DNA of 44,173 nucleotides from a bacterium (GTDB lineage Bacteria; Verrucomicrobiota; Kiritimatiellia; RFP12; UBA1067). The DNA is taken from the NCBI GenBank assembly GCA_963636335.1, contig CAVHJW010000001.1:1-44173 (forward strand), in the 5' to 3' direction. The translations under genes were made by a program, and so were the position numbers. The notes under the pieces were generated by a model that saw only the letters and a program-made list of their open reading frames with translations, made no database searches and was not told the origin of the DNA. Each line of letters opens with the position of its first letter. Position 1 is the first letter of the stretch. Positions 1-9,308 of this stretch are shown piece after piece.

Positions 1-22
1 CGGTTGCGCGACGGGGCGTGAA

Positions 23-33
23 TGTGGTAAAAT
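23..33 (+). promoter_or_regulatory. candidate extended -10 promoter (TGTGGTAAAAT) upstream of infC
   Basis: TGn + TAAAAT at 26-33. It lies in the only non-coding stretch before infC and resembles the TGGTATAAT boxes found at other operon starts in this window. Confidence 0.35.
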
Positions 34-71
34 AGTTTGTATCTTAAATCAAAATTAAAGAGAGGTGGGTT

Positions 72-656
<585 letters not shown>

Positions 657-690
657 AGGCCGCCGTTCTTCTTGAAAGAGGGCCGATGAA

Positions 691-1569
691 ATGGGTCGTT
701 TCAGATTGAGAGGGCGTCGTCGCCGCGTGCGCGCGGAGAGGCGCGAGCGCATTCCGTTTAAGGCGATCTTTCCAAACCTCATCACGTCGCTCGCGGCGTG
801 CGCGGGCATTACATCTATCTCGCTCTCATCAGAGGGGCGGTTTTTGGAGGCGCTCGTTGCGCTCCTCGTCGCGTGCATTTGCGACGGTGTTGACGGGCGT
901 GTCGCGCGGCTCTTGAAGGCGAGCTCCAAACTCGGCGCAGAACTTGACTCGCTCGCCGACTTCGTGAACTTCGGTGTTGCGCCGGCGATGTTCATGTACT
1001 TTTGGATGACAGGAGGCCCTAATCACATCCTCGCGGACGGCACCGTCGTCTCGCCGATGTTCATCCGTCTCGTCCTCGGCTGCTCGCTTTACTACGCGAT
1101 GTGCGACTGCTTCCGCCTCGCGCGTTTCAACACGATGCTCGAGCAGGAGACCGCGCCCTACTGGCTCAATTTCTTTACGGGCGTTCCTGCGCCGGGCGGA
1201 TGCTGGATGGTGCTTTCGCCCGCCGTGCTTTCGCTCGCGCTTGATGCGAAGGGTTCGTATCCTGCGCTCGCGACGTTCTTGCAGAACCCGTGGATGGGCG
1301 TCTTTATGCTTCTCTTCGTCGGGTCGCTGATGGCCTCGCGCCTGCCGACGATTTCGCTCAAGCATCTGCACTTCTCGCGTCGGCAGTTGCCGCTCGTCAT
1401 CGCGTTCTTGTTGCTGATTGTCGCGTTCCTCGTCTCAAACTTCTGGCTTGCGATTGGAACGATTGGCATCCTCTACATCTTCACGGTGCCCATTTCGGGT
1501 CTCTTCTTCCTCCGCGCCCGTGCGCAGTACGAGCGCGAGCAGCAGAAGAGCGTGCCGACTATCCCTTAA
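691..1569 (+). CDS. pssA: CDP-diacylglycerol--serine O-phosphatidyltransferase (CDP-alcohol phosphatidyltransferase family)
   Basis: DGRVARLLKASSKLGAELDSLAD fits the D-G-x2-A-R-x8-G-x3-D-x3-D signature. The rest of the protein is multi-pass hydrophobic. Confidence 0.8.
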   Translation: MGRFRLRGRRRRVRAERRERIPFKAIFPNLITSLAACAGITSISLSSEGRFLEALVALLVACICDGVDGRVARLLKASSKLGAELDSLADFVNFGVAPAMFMYFWMTGGPNHILADGTVVSPMFIRLVLGCSLYYAMCDCFRLARFNTMLEQETAPYWLNFFTGVPAPGGCWMVLSPAVLSLALDAKGSYPALATFLQNPWMGVFMLLFVGSLMASRLPTISLKHLHFSRRQLPLVIAFLLLIVAFLVSNFWLAIGTIGILYIFTVPISGLFFLRARAQYEREQQKSVPTIP

Positions 1570-2626
1570 AGAAGGTGTCAAAGTCGCGCGTCGTGATGTC
1601 GCTTGCGATGTCCGTGCGCGGTCGTGCGCAAGCGTTCAAGAGGTCGCGGCATTGGCCGCAGTTTCGGCAGTGGCTCGCGTCGGGGCAGTCGCGCACCGCG
1701 GGCCAAAGCGGTGAGGCCCCGAGCGCATCGTTGTCAATGATCATTGGAAACGTAAAGCACGGATCCATGATTTCGGCAAGGTCGCCCGCGTGGTGGTAGG
1801 TCGCGTAGGCTCGAATCACTTTCTCGGGGGCGGGATGCCGCCGCGTCGCGAGTTTGATGATATCGACGTGTTGTTCGACGCGCGGGAGGTCTTCGGGGCG
1901 AATCCAGATGGCGCGCAGAAAGTCCTCATAGCGGCCGCGTGCGTAGTTCGTCTTGCATCGGAAGACGCTAAAATTGAAGGCCGCGCCCGCGGCGGACTGG
2001 CCTATGCGGTCGTGCCCATGGAGGTTGTTATGAAACTGGTGGAAGGGGCAGTCACGCAGACAACCGACATTCGCCTGAAGACCGACCCTCTTGCCTCGCG
2101 CGTGTGCCCAGGCGGCGATGCGCGCGACGTAGTCAACCTGGCGGTGTTTGTTTCGCCCCACGTAGAACGCATCATAGAGCTCGTCAATGTAGGAGAGCGC
2201 GATCTCGCTTTCAATGTCCATGTTAATGGAGAGGCGAATCTTGACGGTGGGGAAGCGTGCGCGGACGACGGTCGCAATGAAGGGCGAGGTCGTTGTGAGA
2301 TGCTCAGGAAAGAGCCCCACGGCGTCCATCTCGCGCAGAACCTCCGTCACGTGGTCGGCGAGCGTTTCGGAAATTGCAATGTCGCCGTAGCAGTTCGCGT
2401 TGAAGATCGTATCAAGTTCAACACCGTGCGCGCGCGCCCAGCGGAGGTCGGCGAGAAGATGCTCGCGGCGCGATGGCGTCCAATCGTCCATCGGGCGGCT
2501 CGCCTTGACGCCCGGCCAGGCGAAGAAGACTTCTTTTATTCGAGGGAGGAAGTCTTCGCAGGATGTGATGAAGGAGCGGTTATCAAACCAGCCGACGGCG
2601 AGCGTTCTTCTTGTTGTCGGTTCCAT
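1559..2626 (-). CDS. hypothetical protein, weakly peptidase-U32-like TIM-barrel with a C-terminal Cys cluster
   Basis: This is a long ORF with normal amino-acid composition. I chose the start at MEPTT (ATG at comp 2626), 10 nt downstream of a TATGGTATAAT box, because the tracked start at 2716 would leave no promoter space before the divergent gene at 2724. The C-terminus carries CPDASHCRNCGQC. The family assignment is from memory of overall U32 layout only. Confidence 0.45.
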   Translation of the reverse strand: MEPTTRRTLAVGWFDNRSFITSCEDFLPRIKEVFFAWPGVKASRPMDDWTPSRREHLLADLRWARAHGVELDTIFNANCYGDIAISETLADHVTEVLREMDAVGLFPEHLTTTSPFIATVVRARFPTVKIRLSINMDIESEIALSYIDELYDAFYVGRNKHRQVDYVARIAAWAHARGKRVGLQANVGCLRDCPFHQFHNNLHGHDRIGQSAAGAAFNFSVFRCKTNYARGRYEDFLRAIWIRPEDLPRVEQHVDIIKLATRRHPAPEKVIRAYATYHHAGDLAEIMDPCFTFPMIIDNDALGASPLWPAVRDCPDASHCRNCGQCRDLLNACARPRTDIASDITTRDFDTFFKG

Positions 2627-2636
2627 ATCGGCTTTC

Positions 2637-2647
2637 ATTATACCATA
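2637..2647 (-). promoter_or_regulatory. extended -10 promoter TATGGTATAAT (minus strand)
   Basis: The reverse complement of 2637-2647 is TATGGTATAAT. The ATG at comp 2626 lies 10 nt downstream with no Shine-Dalgarno sequence. Confidence 0.55.
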
Positions 2648-2675
2648 AATTCTCACTCCACAAGTTGGCGCGATT

Positions 2676-2686
2676 TGTGTTATACT
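2676..2686 (+). promoter_or_regulatory. candidate extended -10 promoter (TGTGTTATACT) for the antiporter operon
   Basis: TGT + TATACT at 2678-2686, lying 37 nt upstream of the ATG at 2724 in the divergent intergenic region. Confidence 0.4.
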
Positions 2687-2723
2687 ATTAGAATATTCAA
2701 CAAACGAAAGAATCATTCTCTAA

Positions 2724-5090
2724 ATGAAAAACAGAAAGTTGTTTTTGGTGGTCGCCACAATTTTGTGTGCGGCGGGTGTTTTTGCTTCTCATGACGCAGG
2801 GCCGCCGGCCTATCCGAACTTCGGTATGCCGCGTGTTGAGGAGATGATGTTCCTGGTTCTTCAGATTGGTGTCATCATTTTTGCCGCGCGTCTCGGCGGT
2901 GCCATCGCCTCGCTCTTCAAACTTCCTTCCATCCTCGGCGAACTCGCGGCTGGTATCGTGATCGGTCCGTGGGCCTTGGGCGGCATCGGCTTTGGCGACG
3001 GGCTCTTTAAGTATGGTCTCTTCAACGGCGGCGCGCTGAAGGCGATGAATGCTGTTGCGTACGTGGCCGAGGGCGTGGCGGGTCCCGCGCGCGAGATGTT
3101 CGGTACGGTCGCGGGCAATGGCAATATGTTCGACGCGACAAGCCCTGCGCTCTATGGCATCGCGACGCTCGCGTCGGTGATTCTCTTGTTCCTCTCGGGT
3201 CTTGAGACGAACTTGAAACTCTTCATCCGCTACTCGTTCGTCGGCCTCATGGTCGGCCTCGGTGGCGTCATCGTCTCGTTCCTCTTTGGCGACCTCTGCG
3301 CGGTTTACTTGCTGCCTGAATACTTTGATCACTTCGCCTACCTGAAGGATCTGCCACTTGCGGCGGCGATGACGAAGGAGGCCCCGCTCTATATGGGCAT
3401 CATGTCAACGGCGACGTCGGTCGGCATCACGGCGCGCATTCTCTCTGAGAAGAAGCAAATGGACTCGGAGGAAGGCGTGACGATTATGGCGGGCGCGGTG
3501 ATCGATGACGTCTTGGGTCTCATTGTTCTTGCGATTGGTAACGGCATCATCGTTGCCAATCACGCGGCAACGGCCTCGGGTGCCGAGGGCGGCGCGATGG
3601 ATTGGGGCGCGATCGGTCTTGTTGCGTTGAAGGCGTTCGGCGTCTGGCTCGGCGCGACGGTGATTGGCCTGCTCGCGGCACGCTACATCGCGAAGTTCCT
3701 GAAGGCGGCCTTTAAGAGCCCGGTCGTGATTGCGACGATGGCCTTCGGTCTTGCGCTTGTTCTTGCGGGCTTCTTCGAGTTCATGGGGCTTGCGATGATT
3801 ATCGGCGCGTATGTGATGGGTCTTGCGCTCTCGCGCACAGATTTGAAGCACCCGATTCAGGAGATGCTGACCCCCGTCTACACGTTCCTCGTGCCAATCT
3901 TCTTCTGCTCGATGGGTATGATGGTCGACGTCTCCGCACTTTGCTCAAAGCCCGTTCTCATCTTCGGTAGCATCTACACCGTGCTCGCTGTGATGGCGAA
4001 GGTGCTCGGCTGTATGGTTCCGTCGCTCTGCTGTGGCTTTAACTTCCTCGGCGGTCTGCGCGTCGGCGCGGGCATGGTGCCGCGTGGCGAAGTCGCCCTC
4101 ATCGTGGCGGGCCTCGGCCTTTCAAGTGGCTTCTTGACTCAGGAAATCTTCGGCATCGGCATTTTGATGACGCTCATCACGACCATCGTCGCGCCGCCCG
4201 CGCTCGTCGGTCTTTTCACGCCCAAGGCGCGCGGTGTTCGCCACCCGAAGCAGAGTCACAACAATTCGCGCCCTGTCACATTTGAACTCTCATCAAACGA
4301 TGTGGCCGAGCTCATGCTTGAAAAACTCGTTGCCGAGTTCCGTAACGAGGGCTTTTACACGTCGCTCCTCTCCAAGGAGGATAGCATCTGGGAGATCGCG
4401 ATGGATGACATGGAGCTTTCGGTTCGCCGCGACAAGAACGTGATTGAGGTTTCGTGCACGCCCGCCGAGGAAGCGATTGTGATGACGGCGTGGATGGAGG
4501 TCGCCTCCGAGATGAATGACCTCGCGCGCCAGATTTCAAAGCCGATCCGTCGCACGGATGTGAACAAGATTCTCTCCGACGAGGCTGCCGCGAAGAGCCG
4601 CGCCTCGGGTGGCGTGGGGCGCATCTTGCAGAACTTCGTCATGGTGCCGAACTTCCGCGCCGCGACGAAGAAGGAGGCCTTTGAGCGCCTCATCACCGAG
4701 ATCGCGGCGGCGCATCCGAACGCGCTCCATAACACGGCCGATGCGCTGTCGGCCGTCTTGCGTCGCGAGGAGTCGATGCCGACGGGTCTCGACCATGGTA
4801 TCGCCGTTCCGCACGGGCGCACGGCCTCGGTGGACGGCATCATCGGCGCGGTCGCGGTCATTGACAATTCTGACCCCGAGAAGGGGTGCTTGTCCGATTA
4901 TGAGACGATTGACAATTCGCCCGTCTCAATCCTCGTTCTGACACTCGCCAACGATGGCACACAGACGCCGTACCTTCAGCTCATGAGCTTCATCTCAAAG
5001 GCCTTGCGTGCGAATGGCGGCTATCTGCGGCTCGCGAAGTGCAAGACGGCCGATGAGATGCGTCGCTATTTCCGCGAGGTGAAGGGTTGA
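2724..5090 (+). CDS. CPA2 (Kef/NapA-type) cation:proton antiporter fused to a C-terminal PTS EIIA-2 (PtsN-like) domain
   Basis: About 500 aa are multi-pass membrane domain with Na_H_exchanger-like segments (for example MVPRGEVALIVAG). The C-terminal roughly 160 aa read REESMPTGLDHGIAVPHGR...IDNSPVSILVLTLANDGTQTPYLQLMSFISKAL, which is near-collinear with E. coli PtsN (REKMGSTGIGNGIAIPHGK...IDNQPVDLLFALLVPADQTKTHL). Confidence 0.8.
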   Translation: MKNRKLFLVVATILCAAGVFASHDAGPPAYPNFGMPRVEEMMFLVLQIGVIIFAARLGGAIASLFKLPSILGELAAGIVIGPWALGGIGFGDGLFKYGLFNGGALKAMNAVAYVAEGVAGPAREMFGTVAGNGNMFDATSPALYGIATLASVILLFLSGLETNLKLFIRYSFVGLMVGLGGVIVSFLFGDLCAVYLLPEYFDHFAYLKDLPLAAAMTKEAPLYMGIMSTATSVGITARILSEKKQMDSEEGVTIMAGAVIDDVLGLIVLAIGNGIIVANHAATASGAEGGAMDWGAIGLVALKAFGVWLGATVIGLLAARYIAKFLKAAFKSPVVIATMAFGLALVLAGFFEFMGLAMIIGAYVMGLALSRTDLKHPIQEMLTPVYTFLVPIFFCSMGMMVDVSALCSKPVLIFGSIYTVLAVMAKVLGCMVPSLCCGFNFLGGLRVGAGMVPRGEVALIVAGLGLSSGFLTQEIFGIGILMTLITTIVAPPALVGLFTPKARGVRHPKQSHNNSRPVTFELSSNDVAELMLEKLVAEFRNEGFYTSLLSKEDSIWEIAMDDMELSVRRDKNVIEVSCTPAEEAIVMTAWMEVASEMNDLARQISKPIRRTDVNKILSDEAAAKSRASGGVGRILQNFVMVPNFRAATKKEAFERLITEIAAAHPNALHNTADALSAVLRREESMPTGLDHGIAVPHGRTASVDGIIGAVAVIDNSDPEKGCLSDYETIDNSPVSILVLTLANDGTQTPYLQLMSFISKALRANGGYLRLAKCKTADEMRRYFREVKG

Positions 5091-5788
5091 AAACCTGCGT
5101 CGTCATTCCGACCTACGACGAGCGCGCGAACGTTGAGAAGATGGCGCGCGCCGTCTTGGGTCTTGGCATTGATGGCCTTGGGGTTCTCTTCGTTGACGAC
5201 AACTCGCCCGACGGAACGGGCGCGCTCTTGGATGCACTCTCAAAAGAGGATGCGCGCGTCAAGGTTCTTCACCGCGAGAGAAAAGAGGGGTTAGGGCGCG
5301 CCTATGTCGCGGGTTTCCGCGCCGCGCTTGAGCAGGGGGCGGAGCGAATTGTCCAGATGGACTGCGATTTCTCGCATGACCCAAAGGATGTCGCTCGTCT
5401 TCTCGCCGAGGATGCCGACCTTGTCATCGGCTCGCGCTATGTGCCAGGCGGCGCGACACCGGGTTGGCCGTTTAAGCGTCGCCTTGTTTCGCGCGCGGGT
5501 GGGGTCTTCATCCGCATTGTCACGGGAATGCCGCTTCGTGATCCGACGGGTGGCTTTAAGTGCTGGAAGGCCGAGACGCTGAAGAAAATTGACTTTGAGA
5601 CCGTCGCGTCAAAGGGTTATTCGTTTCAGCTTGAGATGAATCATCGCACGTGGAAGGCGGGGTGCTCGATTCAAGAAATCCCCATTGTTTTCACCGATCG
5701 CGCGGCGGGCTATTCAAAGATTACGTCCGGCATTGCCGTTGAGTCCGTCAAGGTTGCCTTGAAATTGCGCGTTGGGGCGTTGACATGA
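5087..5788 (+). CDS. GT2 polyprenol-phosphate mannosyl/glycosyl transferase (Dpm1/Ppm1-like), TTG start
   Basis: Motifs VVIPTYDERANV, FVDDNSPDGTG and MDCDFSHDP. The TTG start overlaps the upstream TGA stop (GTTGA). Confidence 0.75.
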   Translation: MKTCVVIPTYDERANVEKMARAVLGLGIDGLGVLFVDDNSPDGTGALLDALSKEDARVKVLHRERKEGLGRAYVAGFRAALEQGAERIVQMDCDFSHDPKDVARLLAEDADLVIGSRYVPGGATPGWPFKRRLVSRAGGVFIRIVTGMPLRDPTGGFKCWKAETLKKIDFETVASKGYSFQLEMNHRTWKAGCSIQEIPIVFTDRAAGYSKITSGIAVESVKVALKLRVGALT

Positions 5789-6897
5789 CGAAGGCGCCGC
5801 CACTCGTTTGGCCGCAGTTCGATCGCACGACGATTCGCGCCGTTCAGGACATCTTGCGTTCGGGGCGCGTCAACTACTGGACAGGATCCGTCGGCCGCGC
5901 GTTTGAGTCGGCGTTCGCCGATTACCTTGGTGTGCGTGAGGCGACGAGCGTGGCGAATGGGTCGCTAGCACTGGAGCTCGCGCTTCTTGCGTTGGGAGTC
6001 GGCCCTGGCGATGATGTTGTCGTTACGCCCTATTCCTTTCGCGCCTCGGCAACATGTGCCGCGCGTGTCGGTGCGAATATGGTTTTTGCAGACGTCGCCG
6101 AAGACCATCTCTTGTGCGCTGAGACGATTGAGCGGGCACTCACGCCCAAGACAAAGGCGGTCGTCGTCGTCCACCTCTACGGTCAGGTCGTTGATATGAG
6201 GCCGATCCTCGCGCTGGCGCGTCGCCGCCATTTCTTTGTTATTGAGGACTGCGCGCAATGCCTCGGCGGTCGCTACGACGGCCGCCTTGTTGGGACACTC
6301 GGCGATGTCGGTTGCTTCTCGTTTTGCCAGTCGAAGCACATCACGACAGGGGGCGAGGGCGGCCTCGTCGTTGCGCGTCGCGCCGATGTTGCTTGGCGGG
6401 TGCGGTCGTTGCGCGATCACGGCTGGGTTGTTGGCTCTGCGCCGAAGGTCTTTGATGCGATAGGGACAAACGCGCGCCTCACCGAGATTCAAAGCGCGAT
6501 TGGACTCGGCGCGTTGAAGCGCTTTGAGACGTGGAATGCGCCGCGCCGTGCCGCGCGCGCCGCCGCCTACAGGGAGGCGTTGCAGAATCATCCACTCGTT
6601 CTTTCCGCGCCCGTTGATACGCCGCTTCGACGCGCGAGTTTCTGGCTGATGCCGTTTGTTCTGGATCCATCGCGTCTCGCGTGCCCCGTTGCGACGTTCA
6701 TTGAGCGGATGCAGGCGGAGGGGGCTCTTGTGTACAAAATTTTGTGGCCGCTCCTTTCACCAACGCCTGTCGCTTCGCGCCTCATTGAGAACACGGTCGG
6801 CTTCTGGGTTCATCCGACGATTCCGATGCGCGAGATTAAGAAGACGATCGCCGTTTTCCGTCGCCTCGCGCGAGAAAATGAGAAGTCCGTCTCCTAA
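5785..6897 (+). CDS. DegT/DnrJ/EryC1/StrS-family PLP-dependent sugar aminotransferase
   Basis: Motifs FESAFADYLGV, NGSLALELAL, HLYGQ, IEDCAQ and FSFCQSKHITTGGEGGLV (PLP lysine context). ATGA overlap with the upstream gene. Confidence 0.85.
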   Translation: MTKAPPLVWPQFDRTTIRAVQDILRSGRVNYWTGSVGRAFESAFADYLGVREATSVANGSLALELALLALGVGPGDDVVVTPYSFRASATCAARVGANMVFADVAEDHLLCAETIERALTPKTKAVVVVHLYGQVVDMRPILALARRRHFFVIEDCAQCLGGRYDGRLVGTLGDVGCFSFCQSKHITTGGEGGLVVARRADVAWRVRSLRDHGWVVGSAPKVFDAIGTNARLTEIQSAIGLGALKRFETWNAPRRAARAAAYREALQNHPLVLSAPVDTPLRRASFWLMPFVLDPSRLACPVATFIERMQAEGALVYKILWPLLSPTPVASRLIENTVGFWVHPTIPMREIKKTIAVFRRLARENEKSVS

Positions 6898-6916
6898 AGA
6901 AGGGGAGACGGACTTC
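6882..6916. terminator. 13-bp perfect hairpin between convergent genes (probable bidirectional terminator)
   Basis: GAAGTCCGTCTCC (6882-6894), a 9-nt loop, then GGAGACGGACTTC (6904-6916). The left arm overlaps the TAA stop of the aminotransferase gene. On the minus strand a T-rich tract follows the stem. Confidence 0.6.
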
Positions 6917-6942
6917 ATTCACTCTAACAAGAGTGGCGGTGC

Positions 6943-7290
6943 TTACTTGACGGTGATCACCGAGTTGAACGTGCCCTGGTCATTCGCGACCGAGTTGACG
7001 TTCTCGGGATCGGCGCACCAGATGCCGTCGATGACGAACTTGTACTGGTAGGTGCCCGCCGCGAGCTTGACAGCGGCCGAGTAGACGCCCGCCTTGAACG
7101 CCATCTTCGTGGCCGTCGGGTTCCAGGCGTTGAAGTCGCCCGCGAGGTAGACGGCCTTGCCTTTCTCCGCGTGGACGGAGAACGTAACCGCCTTCTTGGT
7201 GGCCTTCTTGGCGGCAGGCGCCTTGACGGCCGGCTTCTTAGTGGCAACCGTCTTCTTGGCGGCGCACGCTTTGCATGTCTTTGTCTTCAT
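6943..7290 (-). CDS. small CBM48/AMPK-beta-like glycogen-binding domain protein with a Lys/Ala-rich N-terminal tail
   Basis: GKAVYLAGDFNAWNP...GTYQYKFVIDGIWCADPEN is typical of CBM48 / AMPK1_CBM. The N-terminus is MKTKTCKACAAKKTVATKKPAVKAPAAKKATKKA. I chose the start at the MKTKT ATG (comp 7290), which is preceded by AAGGAA. Confidence 0.65.
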   Translation of the reverse strand: MKTKTCKACAAKKTVATKKPAVKAPAAKKATKKAVTFSVHAEKGKAVYLAGDFNAWNPTATKMAFKAGVYSAAVKLAAGTYQYKFVIDGIWCADPENVNSVANDQGTFNSVITVK

Positions 7291-7360
7291 CTTGAAGGAT
7301 TCCTTTTTTCTTATTTTTCCCTGTTCCCCGCCAAAACCGCTTCTGAACAGAGAACGAGCA

Positions 7361-7373
7361 TATAGTATCTCAT
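7361..7373 (-). promoter_or_regulatory. possible -10 region (TATGAGATACTAT, minus strand) for the CBM48 gene
   Basis: The reverse complement reads TATGAGATACTAT, about 70 nt upstream of the ATG at comp 7290. It is a weaker match than the other boxes. Confidence 0.25.
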
Positions 7374-7463
7374 ATTTTTTGAAAAAGTCAATGACAAAAT
7401 GCGCACATTTTTTTGGCTGTTCGCGGCGCGACACGCGGAGTCTATTTTGGGGGAAGCGAGAAA

Positions 7464-7474
7464 TATGGTATAAT
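7464..7474 (+). promoter_or_regulatory. extended -10 promoter TATGGTATAAT
   Basis: Exact 11-mer. The ATG at 7488 lies 13 nt downstream with no Shine-Dalgarno sequence. Confidence 0.55.
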
Positions 7475-7487
7475 GTCTTAGAACCCT

Positions 7488-9191
7488 ATGAAAGACATTC
7501 TCATCATTCTCTTGACTGTTCTCGGTGGCCTTGGCATCTTCCTTCTCGGTATGAAGCATCTCTCCGAGGGTCTTCAGGCGGCGGCGGGGGGCGGACTTCG
7601 CAAGTTTATGTCAAAGGCGACAAGCCACCGCCTTGTCGGCGTTGGCTCGGGCATCATCTCAACGATCCTCGTGCAGTCGTCGTCCATCATCACGGTGATG
7701 CTTGTCGGTTTCGTCTCAACGGCGATTATGACGTTGCCGCAGGCGTTCGCCGTCCTCATCGGCGCGAACATCGGCACGACGGCGACGATCTGGATCATCG
7801 CCTACGCGCCCGACCCGCAGATGCTCGGCTTTATCGGCCTTGCGACGGGCGGCATCATGTATTTCTTCTTCCGCGGCGAGCGCGTCCACCACCTCGGCCT
7901 CACGATCATTGGGCTTGGGCTCGTTTTCCTTGGTCTTTACTTCATGTCGAAGGGCGTCGCGCCCATTAAGCAGAACCCAGCCTTCGCCGAGGTCTTCACG
8001 AAGATGAACGCGAACGCGATGCTCGATGTCTGCCTCATTGCGCTCACGGCGACGCTCGTGACGGCGATCATCCAGAGCTCCGCCGCGACGATTGCGATTG
8101 CGATGGCCATGGCGACGCAGGGGCTTATCACTTACGAAGTCGCGATTGCGGTTCTCTTCGGTGCGAACATCGGCACGACGGCGACAGGTTGGATTGCCGC
8201 AATCGGCGGCACGGCGGACGCGAAGCGCACGGCGATGTCGCACACACTCTCAAACCTCTTTGGTAGCGCGATCCTCATTTGGTTCTTCCCACTCTTCGTC
8301 AAAGTGGGTCAGGTCTGTTTTCCAAATTGGAACGTTGCCGAGACGATGACCGTCTCCGGCAAGAGCGTCCAGGCCTTCACGCACATGATGGCGCCGATCG
8401 CCGTGACGGATACAATCTTTGCCGTCTGCCGTGGGCTTATTTTCTTCCCGATTGTGAAGCCGTTCTGCCGCCTCGTTGAGTGGATCATCAAGCAACCCGA
8501 GAACGAGAAGCCACACCTTTCCTGTCTCAAGGTCGGCGTGAAGATTTCGCCCGTCATCGCCTGCGACCAAGCGCTCTGCGAGGTCGACTTCATGAAGCAG
8601 TCCAACCTTGAACTTCTCAACTGCGCGCGTAAGGTTCTTTCTGGCGCAACGGCGAATGACGAAGGCCCTGAAAAGCACATTATTCATCGCGAGGATATTC
8701 TTGATAATGTTCAGCATGAAGTGACGGAATTCTTGGGCGCGATTATGTCAAAGCGCCTCGCGTGGGATGTGGCGGAGCGTGCCCGTCGTCTTTTGCGTCT
8801 CACGGATGAGCTGGAGTCGGTCTCCGACGAATGCGCGCAGGTATTGAAAGTCGTGAAGCGGTTGCGCCGGAATGGGCAGAAGATTTCCAGTGTGTCGGAG
8901 GCGCTTCTTCTCGATGTCCATGATCGCACGGCTGCATTCGCCATTGAGGTGACGCCGCTTATTTGCTCGCCGCGTGTTCCTTTTAATCTTGAATCTCTTC
9001 AAAAGAAGTCGTCAGATCTTCACGAGTTTATTCGCGAGTGTCGTCAAGCGCAACTCGGCCGTGTTGGACCCGAAGATCCCGGCTCGGCCGTGCGCGTCTT
9101 GGGCGAACTGGACATCATCAATGCTTACGAACGCATCCGCGCCTATTACCTCAACTGCGCAGAAGTCTTGGCCGGCGGCAAGCGTCTTTAG
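7488..9191 (+). CDS. Na+/phosphate cotransporter family protein (NptA-like) with C-terminal PhoU-like region
   Basis: GGLGIFLLGMKHLSEGLQ and the repeated GANIGTTAT motifs are typical of Na/Pi cotransporter II-related proteins. The C-terminal roughly 200 aa are soluble and helical. Confidence 0.8.
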   Translation: MKDILIILLTVLGGLGIFLLGMKHLSEGLQAAAGGGLRKFMSKATSHRLVGVGSGIISTILVQSSSIITVMLVGFVSTAIMTLPQAFAVLIGANIGTTATIWIIAYAPDPQMLGFIGLATGGIMYFFFRGERVHHLGLTIIGLGLVFLGLYFMSKGVAPIKQNPAFAEVFTKMNANAMLDVCLIALTATLVTAIIQSSAATIAIAMAMATQGLITYEVAIAVLFGANIGTTATGWIAAIGGTADAKRTAMSHTLSNLFGSAILIWFFPLFVKVGQVCFPNWNVAETMTVSGKSVQAFTHMMAPIAVTDTIFAVCRGLIFFPIVKPFCRLVEWIIKQPENEKPHLSCLKVGVKISPVIACDQALCEVDFMKQSNLELLNCARKVLSGATANDEGPEKHIIHREDILDNVQHEVTEFLGAIMSKRLAWDVAERARRLLRLTDELESVSDECAQVLKVVKRLRRNGQKISSVSEALLLDVHDRTAAFAIEVTPLICSPRVPFNLESLQKKSSDLHEFIRECRQAQLGRVGPEDPGSAVRVLGELDIINAYERIRAYYLNCAEVLAGGKRL

Positions 9192-9236
9192 TTAAGGTGG
9201 CCAACGCCTTTAGTCAACATGCGGGCACGTGCCTGT

Positions 9237-9270
9237 AAATTCAGGCGTGTCACGCCTGAATTTTTTTGTG
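9237..9270 (+). terminator. Rho-independent terminator
   Basis: AAATTCAGGCG / CGCCTGAATTT inverted repeat, followed directly by TTTTTGTGGCTTTTTT. Confidence 0.8.
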
Positions 9271-9297
9271 GCTTTTTTATTTTCTTCTCGCAAATGT

Positions 9298-9308
9298 TGT
9301 GGTATAAT
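9298..9308 (+). promoter_or_regulatory. extended -10 promoter TGTGGTATAAT
   Basis: TGG + TATAAT. The ATG at 9318 lies 9 nt downstream with no Shine-Dalgarno sequence. Confidence 0.55.

Noticed and set aside
5087-6897. The GT2 + DegT aminotransferase pair as an ArnC/ArnB-type lipid A aminoarabinose modification module
   Set aside because: The GT2 is a short (233 aa) Dpm1-like enzyme without the C-terminal TM helices of ArnC. No ArnA/ArnD/ArnT-like genes are nearby. The similarity is only at superfamily level.
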